64,000 nt of DNA from Klebsiella pneumoniae (GTDB lineage Bacteria > Pseudomonadota > Gammaproteobacteria > Ga0077536): assembly GCA_945876945.1 (NCBI GenBank), contig CAMCQE010000001.1, forward strand, positions 18,566 to 82,565, written 5' to 3'. The notes below the pieces were generated by a model. It saw only the letters and a list, made by a program, of their open reading frames with translations, did not search any database and was not told where the DNA came from. Numbering within the stretch: the stretch's first letter is position 1; every line of letters starts with the position of its first letter. The translations under genes and the position numbers were made by a program. This document shows, in pieces, positions 9,533 through 18,818 of this stretch.

Positions 9533-10441
9533 ATGGCCAGCCAACAATCCGCCGCAATCGACACACTTTTCGACAGCTTCCGCGCCGCGATGGTGGCCAA
9601 TCCCACCATGTCGCTGGACGAACTCCGTGACCTCCTTGAGAAGTGCGGCGATCTGGCGACCGATCCGGGTCAGGTGGATTACCTGGAAATCGACGCCGAC
9701 GGCACGCCCTGCCTGTGGGCCGTGCCCCACGGCTGCGCGCAGGACCGGGTGTTGCTGGCGCTGCACGGCGGCGGTTGCGTCACCGGTTCGCGTTTCTCCC
9801 ATCGCAAGATGTTCGCTCACATCGCCAAAAAAATTGGTTGCCGCGCGCTGATTCTCGATTACCAGCGCGCCCCGGAACACACCCATCCCTCGCAGGTCAA
9901 CGAAGCCGTCAAGGTTTACGAGTGGCTGCTGCAGCAGGGCATTGATGCCAAACACGTGATAACCGTTGGCGACTCCGCGGGCGGCATGCTCTGCACTACC
10001 GTGGTGCTGGCCGCGCGCGAGCGCAATCTGCCCTTGCCGGCCGGCGTCATGGCGCTCTCGCCCTGGTACGACATGGAGGCCACCGCGCCGTCTTTCGAAA
10101 CCAACGCCGCCGTCGAACGCCTCATCACCCGCGAACTCTCGCTCAATATGGCCGCGATGTTCCTCGGTGAGGCATCGCCCAAAGATCCGCTGGCCAATGT
10201 GATGTACGCCGACTTCCGGGATTTCCCGCCCACCTGCATTCAGGTCGGTGGCTACGAGGTCATTGTTGACGATTCGCTCCGCATCGCCGACCGCATGCGG
10301 GATGCGGGCGTGACCTGCAGCGTGGAAGTCTTCCCGCAAATGCAGCACGTGTTCCAGTTCATGGCGGGCCGCGCGCCGGAAGCCGACGAGGCCATTCGCA
10401 AACTCGCCGCTTGGGCCAAACCGAAGCTCGGCCTCGCCTGA
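9533..10441 (+). CDS. Alpha/beta-hydrolase fold-3 esterase/lipase (HSL family)
   Basis: HGGG oxyanion motif, GDSAGG nucleophile elbow, C-terminal DxxH-like region. Confidence 0.8.
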   Translation: MASQQSAAIDTLFDSFRAAMVANPTMSLDELRDLLEKCGDLATDPGQVDYLEIDADGTPCLWAVPHGCAQDRVLLALHGGGCVTGSRFSHRKMFAHIAKKIGCRALILDYQRAPEHTHPSQVNEAVKVYEWLLQQGIDAKHVITVGDSAGGMLCTTVVLAARERNLPLPAGVMALSPWYDMEATAPSFETNAAVERLITRELSLNMAAMFLGEASPKDPLANVMYADFRDFPPTCIQVGGYEVIVDDSLRIADRMRDAGVTCSVEVFPQMQHVFQFMAGRAPEADEAIRKLAAWAKPKLGLA

Positions 10442-10451
10442 CAGGCCGCTC

Positions 10452-10949
10452 ATGCGCTTCCATCACATGGCGATTTTTGTCGCCGAGATGGAAGCCGCGC
10501 TCCGGCTGTGGCGGGATGTGCTGGGCTTTCGGGTCATCAAGGACAGCATCATTCCCGACGGCCCCGCCCCGGCGCCTGCGGTATATCTCTACCCGGCGCT
10601 GCTGGACGACATCTTCAAAGTGAAAAACGCGCGTTCGCGGATGGCCATTCTGGTCTCCGCGGAAGGCGCGATCATCGAACTCCAGCAGTGCGAAAACCCG
10701 GCCATTGCGCGCACACCTCCCGAACACCAGCGCTACGGCTACACCGGCGTCCACGAACTCGGGCTGCTGGTGACGGACATCGATGGCTGGTTTGCGCGCA
10801 TCCGCGAGGCCGGGTATGAAACCCAGACCGAGTACGTCTGGCCCTGCGGCGACTTCGGTCGCTCGTTCCTGTTCTACGATGCCGACGGCAACATGATTCA
10901 GCTGTGGGAACACACGGCAAACACAACATCCCGGGGAGCCAACACATGA
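10452..10949 (+). CDS. VOC (glyoxalase/bleomycin-resistance/dioxygenase) family protein
   Basis: Paired beta-alpha-beta-beta-beta modules with HMAIFV… / HELGLLV motifs. ATGA overlap with the next gene. Confidence 0.6.
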   Translation: MRFHHMAIFVAEMEAALRLWRDVLGFRVIKDSIIPDGPAPAPAVYLYPALLDDIFKVKNARSRMAILVSAEGAIIELQQCENPAIARTPPEHQRYGYTGVHELGLLVTDIDGWFARIREAGYETQTEYVWPCGDFGRSFLFYDADGNMIQLWEHTANTTSRGANT

Positions 10950-11641
10950 GCAATGACATCAAACCGATCGATCTGGCGAGCGTGGACTGGGTGCTCAACA
11001 CCACCCGCAGCGTGCGCCAGCGTCTGGACTTCGACCGCCCGGTGCCCATGGCGCTGATCGACGAGGCGCTGAACATCGCGCTACAGGCGCCCACCGGCGC
11101 CAACACCCAAACCTGGCGCTTCATGGTGATTACCGAGCAGAAATCCAAAGACCTCATCGCCGACTGCTATCGCCGCGCCGCCGGCGCCTATGTCGAAGGC
11201 AAGACGGGGCTCTCTAAAACCGGCGTGACGATGATGCGCGAATACGAAGAAGCCGACCTTCGCCAGCAGCAGAAGGCGGCGATGATGAAATCCGGCGGCT
11301 ATCTGATGCAACACATGCAGCGCGCACCGGTGATGGTGATTCCGCTCATCGAAGGTCGCTTCGAGCACGACGATGTGTTTACCCAGGCTTCCATGTGGGG
11401 CTCGATCTTGCCGGCCACCTGGTCCTTGATGCTGGCCTTACGCGCGCGGCGCATTGCGTCCGCCTGGACGACGCTGCATCTGCAGTACGAGCGCGAAATC
11501 TCGGACGCCCTCGGCATTCCGGAGAGTTACACGCAGGCCGCGCTGCTGCCCATTGCGTGGCTGACCGGCGGCGACTTGCATCCGGCCAAACGCCTGCCGG
11601 TTAATGAGGTGACCTTTCGCGATCGCTGGGGCCAACATTAA
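10946..11641 (+). CDS. Nitroreductase family protein
   Basis: R-S-x-R FMN-binding N-terminal region (TRSVRQRLDF) and size typical of the NfsA/NfsB-like fold. GGGGAG RBS precedes the ATG at 10946. Confidence 0.7.
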   Translation: MSNDIKPIDLASVDWVLNTTRSVRQRLDFDRPVPMALIDEALNIALQAPTGANTQTWRFMVITEQKSKDLIADCYRRAAGAYVEGKTGLSKTGVTMMREYEEADLRQQQKAAMMKSGGYLMQHMQRAPVMVIPLIEGRFEHDDVFTQASMWGSILPATWSLMLALRARRIASAWTTLHLQYEREISDALGIPESYTQAALLPIAWLTGGDLHPAKRLPVNEVTFRDRWGQH

Positions 11642-11671
11642 GACCCGCGCGGGCGGTCGAGGGGATAGCGC

Positions 11672-12658
11672 ATGGGCTTGCTGATTAACGGCCGCTGGGA
11701 CAGCGCGGCGACCATGATTCCAGTCGAAAACGGCCGCTTTGTGCGCGAACCGGCCGCGTTCCGGGCGACTATCACGGCCGACGGCAGCAGCGGTTTCAAA
11801 GCCGAAGCCGGGCGCTACCACCTGTACGTCGCCTATCACTGCCCCTGGGCCTGGCGCACGATGCTCTATCGCGCGATCAAAAATCTGGAGCCGATGATTT
11901 CGATGACCATCGCCATCCCGAACGACCGCCGGGAAGGCTGGATTTTTGGCGACTACCCCGGCGGCTGCACGCCGGATGCGGTCAACGGCTTCACGCATCT
12001 GCATCAGGCCTATACCGCGACCCGGCCCGACTACACCGGCATGGTGTCGGTGCCGGTGCTGTGGGACAAACAAACGGGCGGCATCGTCAACAACGAGTCG
12101 CCCGAAATCATCCGCATGCTGAACAGCGCGTTTGATGCGTTTACCGACGTGAAAACAGATTTCTATCCCACCCCGCTCCGCGCCGAAATCGACGCGATCA
12201 ACGAGCGGGTGTATCAGGGCGTGAACAACGGGGTGTACCGGGTAGGGCTCGCCAAGTCGCAGGAGGCCTACGACGAAGCCTTCGATGTGTTGTTCGAGAC
12301 GCTGGACTGGCTGGAGGCGCGGCTGGCCACGCAGCGCTATCTCGTGGGGGCGCAAATCACCGAAGCCGACTGGCGCCTGTTAGCCAGCCTGCTGCGCTTC
12401 GATTTGGTGTATCACGGACTCTTCAAATGCAATCAGCGCACGATTGCGAGCTATCCGCAGCTGTCGAACTACCTGCGCGAGCTGTACCAATATCCGAAGG
12501 TGGCGGAGACGATCAACGTGCAGCACTTCGTGCGCGGCTACTACTCGATTCCGGGCATCAATCCCACCGGGATCATCCCGCGCGGGCCCCAGGGCTATCA
12601 CGAAGCGCTGGCCCAGCCGCACGATCGCGGGCGCTTTGGATCGCCGGCGGAGCACTAA
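11672..12658 (+). CDS. yqjG: Xi-class glutathione transferase / glutathionyl-hydroquinone reductase (YqjG/ECM4 family)
   Basis: CPWAWR active-site motif and ~328-aa length colinear with YqjG. Confidence 0.85.
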   Translation: MGLLINGRWDSAATMIPVENGRFVREPAAFRATITADGSSGFKAEAGRYHLYVAYHCPWAWRTMLYRAIKNLEPMISMTIAIPNDRREGWIFGDYPGGCTPDAVNGFTHLHQAYTATRPDYTGMVSVPVLWDKQTGGIVNNESPEIIRMLNSAFDAFTDVKTDFYPTPLRAEIDAINERVYQGVNNGVYRVGLAKSQEAYDEAFDVLFETLDWLEARLATQRYLVGAQITEADWRLLASLLRFDLVYHGLFKCNQRTIASYPQLSNYLRELYQYPKVAETINVQHFVRGYYSIPGINPTGIIPRGPQGYHEALAQPHDRGRFGSPAEH

Positions 12659-12663
12659 AGACC

Positions 12664-14010
12664 TCAGTCCGGCAGCAGATTCTGAAACTCCTGAAACTTG
12701 CCATTGGCTCCCCTTGGCAAGGGACCGTCCAGTGTTTCGATGTCGAGCGCAAAGGGATAACCCGTGGCCTGCTGGAGCGTGTTCAGCAACCAGCGGAGAT
12801 CCGATGGGGTGAGAGGCCGCTGCGGCCAAATCTTGAGATGTAAGCGCTCGGGCGCGACTTGTAAGACCTGAAACTGACGAACAATACGCCGCGCCTCGTC
12901 GCTGCGCAGACCGAGCATCGGCCAGAAGCGGCGCCCGTCCGGTAAGCGCAGCAGATTCCGCTCGCGACCGATAATCCGGTTCAGCGTGGGCAGGCCCCGC
13001 CCGCACTCACAGGCCGGTCCAACTTCCGCGTAATCCCGAAGTTCGTAACGAATCAAGGCAGTGGCGAAGTTGCGCAGGTCTGTCACCAGCACGCGCCCGA
13101 TCTCCCCTGGCGCGCAACTCGCGCCGACGTCATCCACCACTTCCAGCACCACGCCTTCGGCCATGCAGTGAAAGCCGCCGCGTTCGCACTGCGCGGCGAT
13201 CGGGCCTACTTCTTCGGCGCTGTATTCATCGCACACGCGCAGCTGCCATTGCTGAGAGAGCGCGTCGCGCAAGTCGGGCGCGAGTGTTTCGCCCATGGCA
13301 ATCACGAACGCGAGCCCACAGGGATTCGCCGGCGATTGCTCCAGCAGTCGGCGCAGATTGGAGGGGTAGCTCATGAGATAACGCGGCTGATTCTGGTGGA
13401 GCATCGCGAGTTGCTGCTCAAGCGGCTGCGTAATGGAAAGCTCATAGGCCGGACCGCTGCCATAAAGCGCGCCAATAGAAGGGTTCCAATGCTCGTAGCG
13501 AACGACCTCTGTGGCCCCATTACCGCCGATGCCAGCCCGAATCACCGCAAAGGCCTGATCAAGTTCCAGCCCATACCAGTCAGTGAGACTGCGCAGCCCA
13601 AAAGCGTTGCGCAGGACCTGCGCGGCGGCGGTGTAACGCGCCGCCACCGGTTCGCCGGATGAGCCCGAGGTGCGGGTGATACCGACCGGTCCGTGCGCGG
13701 GACTCGTCTCGCAGTAGATCGCTTCGGCATGTTGCTGAAAGTCGCCGCGGGTCAGCGGTGGCAGGCTGGCAAGGATCTCAAAGGCGGTCTCGGCGCGCAG
13801 CTCGCGGTCGCGGAGCAGTGGCTGATAAAACGCGCTGTAGGTAGCAGCATGCTGGAGGCGCGCCGCCAGCTGACGAGACTGCAGTGCGCGCAAAGCTGCG
13901 GGCGCCAGCCACTGCGAGGCTTGAATTTGAGCGAGCGTTGAGTAGAGCGCGGCCTGCTGTGGCGATAATGCCGCCGGCCAGCAGAGTTCAGAGGAGCCGG
14001 ACTTCAGCAT
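12664..14010 (-). CDS. PaaK/CapK-like adenylate-forming enzyme (phenylacetate-CoA ligase / coenzyme F390 synthetase family)
   Basis: ANL-superfamily core (TSGSSGEP P-loop-like motif, C-terminal GKFQEF lysine). Last gene of the hpn-like operon. Confidence 0.75.
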   Translation of the reverse strand: MLKSGSSELCWPAALSPQQAALYSTLAQIQASQWLAPAALRALQSRQLAARLQHAATYSAFYQPLLRDRELRAETAFEILASLPPLTRGDFQQHAEAIYCETSPAHGPVGITRTSGSSGEPVAARYTAAAQVLRNAFGLRSLTDWYGLELDQAFAVIRAGIGGNGATEVVRYEHWNPSIGALYGSGPAYELSITQPLEQQLAMLHQNQPRYLMSYPSNLRRLLEQSPANPCGLAFVIAMGETLAPDLRDALSQQWQLRVCDEYSAEEVGPIAAQCERGGFHCMAEGVVLEVVDDVGASCAPGEIGRVLVTDLRNFATALIRYELRDYAEVGPACECGRGLPTLNRIIGRERNLLRLPDGRRFWPMLGLRSDEARRIVRQFQVLQVAPERLHLKIWPQRPLTPSDLRWLLNTLQQATGYPFALDIETLDGPLPRGANGKFQEFQNLLPD

Positions 14011-14070
14011 GCAAGGCCGTTAGCGCGAGCGATATTGAAGACCATCGCGCCGCGCTAGTCCGGCTTGGCC

Positions 14071-15498
14071 TTAACCCGCGTCGTTACGCGTCCGCAAGAA
14101 GTTGAAGAACTCCACGCCTTCGCGCAGACGGCGTTTCATCATGGTCCAGCTCTTCAGCATCTCCCAGGTGATTTCGCCAATCTTGCGCGGCCGGAAGTAG
14201 AACCGCTTGTAGAACACCGCCAGCGCCTCAAAGATTTCTTCGTGCGATAGATGCGGGTATTCGAGCGAGCTGATTTGCAGACCGTTGTCGGCCACCACGT
14301 CGCCGGCCGGGCGGCGTAGCCAGTTGTTGGACTGGGCTTCGGCGTAGATGCGGGTGCCTGGATAGGCCGCCGCCAGCGACACCTGAATGGTGTGCGGATT
14401 GATTTCCTGCGCGTAGCGGATGGTTTCTTCGATCGTCTCGCGGGTTTCGCCCGGCAGGCCCACGATGAAGGTGCCGTGAATGGCGATCCCCAGCTTGTGG
14501 CAGTCGGCGGTGAAGCGCCGCGCGATGTCCGTGCTCACACCCTTGCGGATGTTGATCAGGATCTGGCGGTTGCCAGACTCGTAGCCCACCAGCAACAGAC
14601 GCAGGCCGTTTTCCTTCATGATTTTCAGCGTTTCGTACGGCACGTTCGCCTTGGCGTTACACGACCAGGTGATGCCGAGCTTGCCTAGCAAGCGAGCGGT
14701 TTCTTCCACGCGCTTGATGTCGTCGGTGAAGGTGTCGTCGTCGAAGAAGAATTCTTTGATCTGCGGGAAGTACTGCTTGGCTTTGGCGATTTCATCCGCC
14801 ACCACCTGCGGGCTGCGGGTGCGATAGCGATGACCGGAAATGGTTTGCGGCCACAGGCAGAAAGTGCAGCGCGACTTGCAGCCACGGCCGGTATACACCG
14901 ACAGGTAGGGGTGCTGCAGGTAGCCGATGAAATAGTCTTCGATGACCAAATCGCGCTTGTACACGTCGATCACCGACGGCAGCGCATCCATGTCTTCGAT
15001 AATCGGGCGGTCGGCGTTGCGCACATAGCTTTCGCCGTTGCGCCAGGTGATGCCGCCCACTTCGGCCAGCGGTTTGCCTTCGGCAATTTCCACGCAGACG
15101 TAATCGAATTCACCGTTGGCGACGAAGTCGATGGCCTTGGAAGCGCGGATGGAGGGGTCCGGATTGACCGACACATGCGCGCCGACCATACCGATGAGGA
15201 GCGTCGGATTTTTTTCCTTCAGCGCCTCGGCAATCTTGCAGTCGTTCTCGAACGACGGCGTGCTGGTGTGAAGCACGGCAAACTCGAAGTCGCCGGCCAT
15301 CGCCACCACTTCTTCCACGGTCTGGCCGTGGGCGGGGGCATCAACCAGTTTGCTGTTCGGGACCATCGCGGCCGGTTGCGCCAACCACGTGGGATACCAG
15401 AAAGAGCGGATTTCGCGGCGGGCCTGATAGCGCGAGCCGGCGCCACCGTCAAAGCCGTCGAAAGACGGCGGGTTCAAAAACAGCGTTTTCATAGTCAT
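14071..15498 (-). CDS. hpnJ: B12-binding radical SAM protein, HpnJ-type (hopanoid cyclitol-ether formation homologue)
   Basis: N-terminus MKTLFLNPPSFDGFDGGAGSRYQ, cobalamin-binding domain, CxxxCxxC (CKSRCTFC) radical SAM cluster. Start overlaps upstream stop by ATGA. Confidence 0.8.
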   Translation of the reverse strand: MTMKTLFLNPPSFDGFDGGAGSRYQARREIRSFWYPTWLAQPAAMVPNSKLVDAPAHGQTVEEVVAMAGDFEFAVLHTSTPSFENDCKIAEALKEKNPTLLIGMVGAHVSVNPDPSIRASKAIDFVANGEFDYVCVEIAEGKPLAEVGGITWRNGESYVRNADRPIIEDMDALPSVIDVYKRDLVIEDYFIGYLQHPYLSVYTGRGCKSRCTFCLWPQTISGHRYRTRSPQVVADEIAKAKQYFPQIKEFFFDDDTFTDDIKRVEETARLLGKLGITWSCNAKANVPYETLKIMKENGLRLLLVGYESGNRQILINIRKGVSTDIARRFTADCHKLGIAIHGTFIVGLPGETRETIEETIRYAQEINPHTIQVSLAAAYPGTRIYAEAQSNNWLRRPAGDVVADNGLQISSLEYPHLSHEEIFEALAVFYKRFYFRPRKIGEITWEMLKSWTMMKRRLREGVEFFNFLRTRNDAG

Positions 15499-16640
15499 GA
15501 TGGTTCGACGGTTCCTTTCAGTTCCATGTGGCCCTGTTTGTCCACCTTGAATTCGTAACCCTGCCATTCAACGTTGCGGCCGAGAAAACTCGCCACCCAC
15601 ACGCCAAAACACAGGAGATCGCGTAGCACCGTGAGCCCATAGGCGGCGGGCTGCCCGGGTGCCACTGTAGTACGCGCCACATCGTGCAGCAGCGCGCGTA
15701 AACCCACGGCCCAACCCACCGCAGCCACGCCCGCAATCGGGTGCTGGGCGCCCACCACCAGCGCAAAGGCCAGCGCGGCAGGCGTGATATAGGTCAGGAA
15801 AGACATCGCGTAACCGCCCGCTTGCACGGAGCGGACGGTGCGGGCCCAGCGCAGTTCGTGCCTTAGCAACGAAGCGAGCGAGGGCTCATGGACAGTATTC
15901 TCGACGATACAAGGGATTAAAGCGACCCTGCCGCACTGCGATGCCGCCAGATCCCCCAGTCGGTAATCGTCGGCCAGTTCATTGGCCAGCCGCTCGAAGC
16001 CGCCGATCGCCTCCAGCGCACTGCGCCGCACGGCCATCGTCGCCCCAAAGCAAAAGTGCAGGGATTGGAAACTGGTTGCCACCAGCACCGAAGGCAGAAA
16101 CCATTCGTTGATATAGGCCGCCCCGAGCCAGGAGGCGAGGCCGGCCACCGGACGACCGCGATAAAGGCAGGTGCCAGCGGCCACACCCGGATCTTCAAAA
16201 CTGCCCGCGATGCGGCGCAGGTAGTCCGGCGCCACGCGCATGTCGCTGTCGGCGATCACCAGAATGTCGTAACGGGATAGCTCGTGGCAGTTCGCCACGT
16301 TGCAGATTTTACGATTGCTTCCGATCAGGCGGTCGTTCACCACCAGCGCAAGGTCGGACTCGGGACACGCGGCAATGACGCGACGGGCCACCGCCACGGC
16401 CGCGTCATCCGCCTTGGAAACGCCAAAAATCACCTGATATTGCGGGTAATCCTGCTGACAGAACGACAACAGGTTCTCGAACAGGCCGGGCTCGTCCCCG
16501 TGTAGGGGTTTCAGCACCGTCATTGGCGGGCAGTCGCCATCGGCCCGCGGCGCCGGATGATTCAGTCGCAGCAGACCGCGGATCGCCAGCATCACATACG
16601 CACTGGCCGCCAGCAGATAAAACGAAAGGAGCAGTTGCAC
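15495..16640 (-). CDS. hpnI: Family-2 glycosyltransferase, HpnI-type (ceramide-glucosyltransferase-like)
   Basis: N-terminal TM, GT2 core with DSD and QxxRW-like region. Translationally coupled to hpnJ. Confidence 0.75.
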   Translation of the reverse strand: MQLLLSFYLLAASAYVMLAIRGLLRLNHPAPRADGDCPPMTVLKPLHGDEPGLFENLLSFCQQDYPQYQVIFGVSKADDAAVAVARRVIAACPESDLALVVNDRLIGSNRKICNVANCHELSRYDILVIADSDMRVAPDYLRRIAGSFEDPGVAAGTCLYRGRPVAGLASWLGAAYINEWFLPSVLVATSFQSLHFCFGATMAVRRSALEAIGGFERLANELADDYRLGDLAASQCGRVALIPCIVENTVHEPSLASLLRHELRWARTVRSVQAGGYAMSFLTYITPAALAFALVVGAQHPIAGVAAVGWAVGLRALLHDVARTTVAPGQPAAYGLTVLRDLLCFGVWVASFLGRNVEWQGYEFKVDKQGHMELKGTVEPS

Positions 16641-16766
16641 GAAGGCCCTCGGCTCAACGGATTAGGTAAGGGGGCCAGACGGGTCAAGGTCTCGGCTGGC
16701 GCCGCTGCCCACTGGTGTCGCGGCAGCATTATAGGGGCCCGGCCCCTCACAGGGCCACGACGCTGA

Positions 16767-17759
16767 CTAGGGCTTTTGCTCCACGCCGGTCGGTCGGGTG
16801 AAGCGCGACCAGCGGCCGGTTTCGATCCAGTGCCAGGCAAGCAAGGCGGGCAGACCCAGTGCAAGTTCCCGCACGCGCTTGATCAGCGAAAGCGACAAGC
16901 CCGTCGCTGGCGACAAACCCAGCTGCATCGAGAGCCACACCAGACTGCCTTCCTGCACGCCCAAGCCCGCCGGCACAAAAAACGCGGCGGCGCGAATGGC
17001 CTGACCGAGACTTTCAATCACCAGCGCCTGCCCCAGCGTCACCGGCATGTTGATGACGTCGGCCATCACGTAGATCTCAATCACCCCGCCCAGCCAGCCG
17101 GCGAGATGCCAGGCGCAGCCGACCCAGAGCCCGCGCGGATTGCGATAGCTCGCTTCAATCGCATCGTGCAGGCCACGCAGGCCTTCCGTATCCAGCGACG
17201 GCCACCGGCGCTTGAGCCACGCGCCTAGCGCTTCGAGCAAGGTCAACAAACCTCGCCGCTGCAGCACCAGCAAGGCGCCGACCGCCGGCACGAAGACCGC
17301 AAGGCCCAACAGCGTGTAGGCGATAAGGCCGTGCGCCAGACCCGCCGTCACCGCGAACCCCAGACCCATCAAGATGAACAGGACCAGCGTGACCGCTTCA
17401 ACGGTAAGGTCGACCGTGGTGCTGCCGGCGGCTTCAGCGGCCTTCGCGCCAGACAATACCAATAGGCGCCCGCCCACCACTTCACCCCCCAGTTGCGCCA
17501 CCGGCAGCAAACCGCCCACGGCTTCGCGGATCCAGCGCGTCCAGACATAGGTGCGCGCGGGAATGCGCACCTCGGTGTCGGCCACCGCGTGCCAGGCCAT
17601 GCCCGAACACCAGACCTGCAGGATGTGGATCAGGATGACCGGCACAATGCCAAAGCCGATCGTGGCGAGCGCGTGCAGCGGCGCTTCACCCTGCTGCCAC
17701 AGCAGCCAGCCCACCACGGCCAAACCAAGCAGCGCGCTCACGCGCATGAACATTTGCAT
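16767..17759 (-). CDS. hpnL: Lysylphosphatidylglycerol-synthase-like / flippase-like membrane protein, HpnL-type (UPF0104)
   Basis: Polytopic membrane protein ~330 aa, Gly/Ala/Leu-rich helices. Sits between hpnK and hpnI as in hopanoid-associated loci. Confidence 0.6.
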   Translation of the reverse strand: MQMFMRVSALLGLAVVGWLLWQQGEAPLHALATIGFGIVPVILIHILQVWCSGMAWHAVADTEVRIPARTYVWTRWIREAVGGLLPVAQLGGEVVGGRLLVLSGAKAAEAAGSTTVDLTVEAVTLVLFILMGLGFAVTAGLAHGLIAYTLLGLAVFVPAVGALLVLQRRGLLTLLEALGAWLKRRWPSLDTEGLRGLHDAIEASYRNPRGLWVGCAWHLAGWLGGVIEIYVMADVINMPVTLGQALVIESLGQAIRAAAFFVPAGLGVQEGSLVWLSMQLGLSPATGLSLSLIKRVRELALGLPALLAWHWIETGRWSRFTRPTGVEQKP

Positions 17760-17786
17760 AGGGTGCTCGGCCTTTCGCGCGGTGGA

Positions 17787-18686
17787 TTAGCCGACCGGCG
17801 CCAAATCGGCAAAGCCGCCGTGGCGGATGTGGCGCGATTGCAGAATCTCGCGCACCTCAGGGTCGAGCAGCGCGTCGAGTTCAGCCCGGCTGGCCTCAAT
17901 CGCGAGCGGCCAGGGCCCGGGCCCTTCGCTCACCGCAGGATGGAAAAAAATCTCGGCGCTGCCCTCGGGCAGCACGCGCAGGATGTGACGCAAGCGCGTC
18001 GCGCTCATGCGCCCGGTGTCGTGCAATCCAATGACGCGGTCGGTGGTGCGCATGCCCGCCCGCCGCAGCCGCCATTTCACGAGTCCAATCCACGGCCCGA
18101 GCAAAGCGCCGACCAAGCGCCGCGCAAACCCGCCGGTTTCACCCGGCAACATCGACAGCAGGGGCGGCTCCGCCGGCAGGCGCACGGCGCGCACACCGAA
18201 CTCCCGCCCGATGCGAATCATCAGCCCCAGCACGGTGGGATGCAGATGCAGATGATGATGCGCATCCACGTGGTCGAGCGGCAGGCCGGTGGCCTTGAAG
18301 GCCTCGAACTGGGCGCGAATTTCGGCCGCTAGCTGGCGCCGCACCCGCGGCAGAAAAAAATAACGAAAGCCGGCGCGGGCAAAGTCCCGGCTCAGCTCGC
18401 CGTGTTCATCCACCAAATCGGGAATGACCGCGGGCGGCAACACGGCGCGGTTTGCCACCACCACCAGATGCAGTCCCACCTTGAGCGTGGGATTGCGTCG
18501 CGCGCAGGCCACCGCTTCAGCCGCCGCCGCCGCCCCCACCATCAGACTTGCCGCGTCGAGCACACCGTCCCGGTGCGCGAGCTCAATGCCGGCGTTCACG
18601 GCGGGTGATAAACCAAAATCGTCGGCCTTGAAGATGACCTGTTTCAAACGTTGGGTCTCGGTCTGGGGTGGCGAATCGTCATACAT
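17787..18686 (-). CDS. hpnK: YdjC/ChbG-family carbohydrate deacetylase, HpnK-type. Start at MYDDSPP; the long upstream ORF extension is rejected.
   Basis: VIFKADDFGL N-terminal motif and DxHHH(L)H metal-site motif (DAHHHLHLHP). The upstream part of the ORF is antisense to a real plus-strand gene. Confidence 0.75.
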   Translation of the reverse strand: MYDDSPPQTETQRLKQVIFKADDFGLSPAVNAGIELAHRDGVLDAASLMVGAAAAAEAVACARRNPTLKVGLHLVVVANRAVLPPAVIPDLVDEHGELSRDFARAGFRYFFLPRVRRQLAAEIRAQFEAFKATGLPLDHVDAHHHLHLHPTVLGLMIRIGREFGVRAVRLPAEPPLLSMLPGETGGFARRLVGALLGPWIGLVKWRLRRAGMRTTDRVIGLHDTGRMSATRLRHILRVLPEGSAEIFFHPAVSEGPGPWPLAIEASRAELDALLDPEVREILQSRHIRHGGFADLAPVG

Positions 18687-18818
18687 TCGGGCGCAAAGGG
18701 AAACAGCGCGCGCCGCGCGTGATGCTTCAGCCACAGCCGGGAAACGGGTTAAGCTCGGGCCACTATTCATACAACAGCAGGGCTTGTCCGACGCAAGGGC
18801 ACGCCGGGGAGTTCCACA

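Noticed and set aside
16641-16766. GC palindrome aggggcccggcccct between hpnL and hpnI as a regulatory site
   Set aside because: Too short and degenerate to assign. May be a simple intercistronic hairpin.
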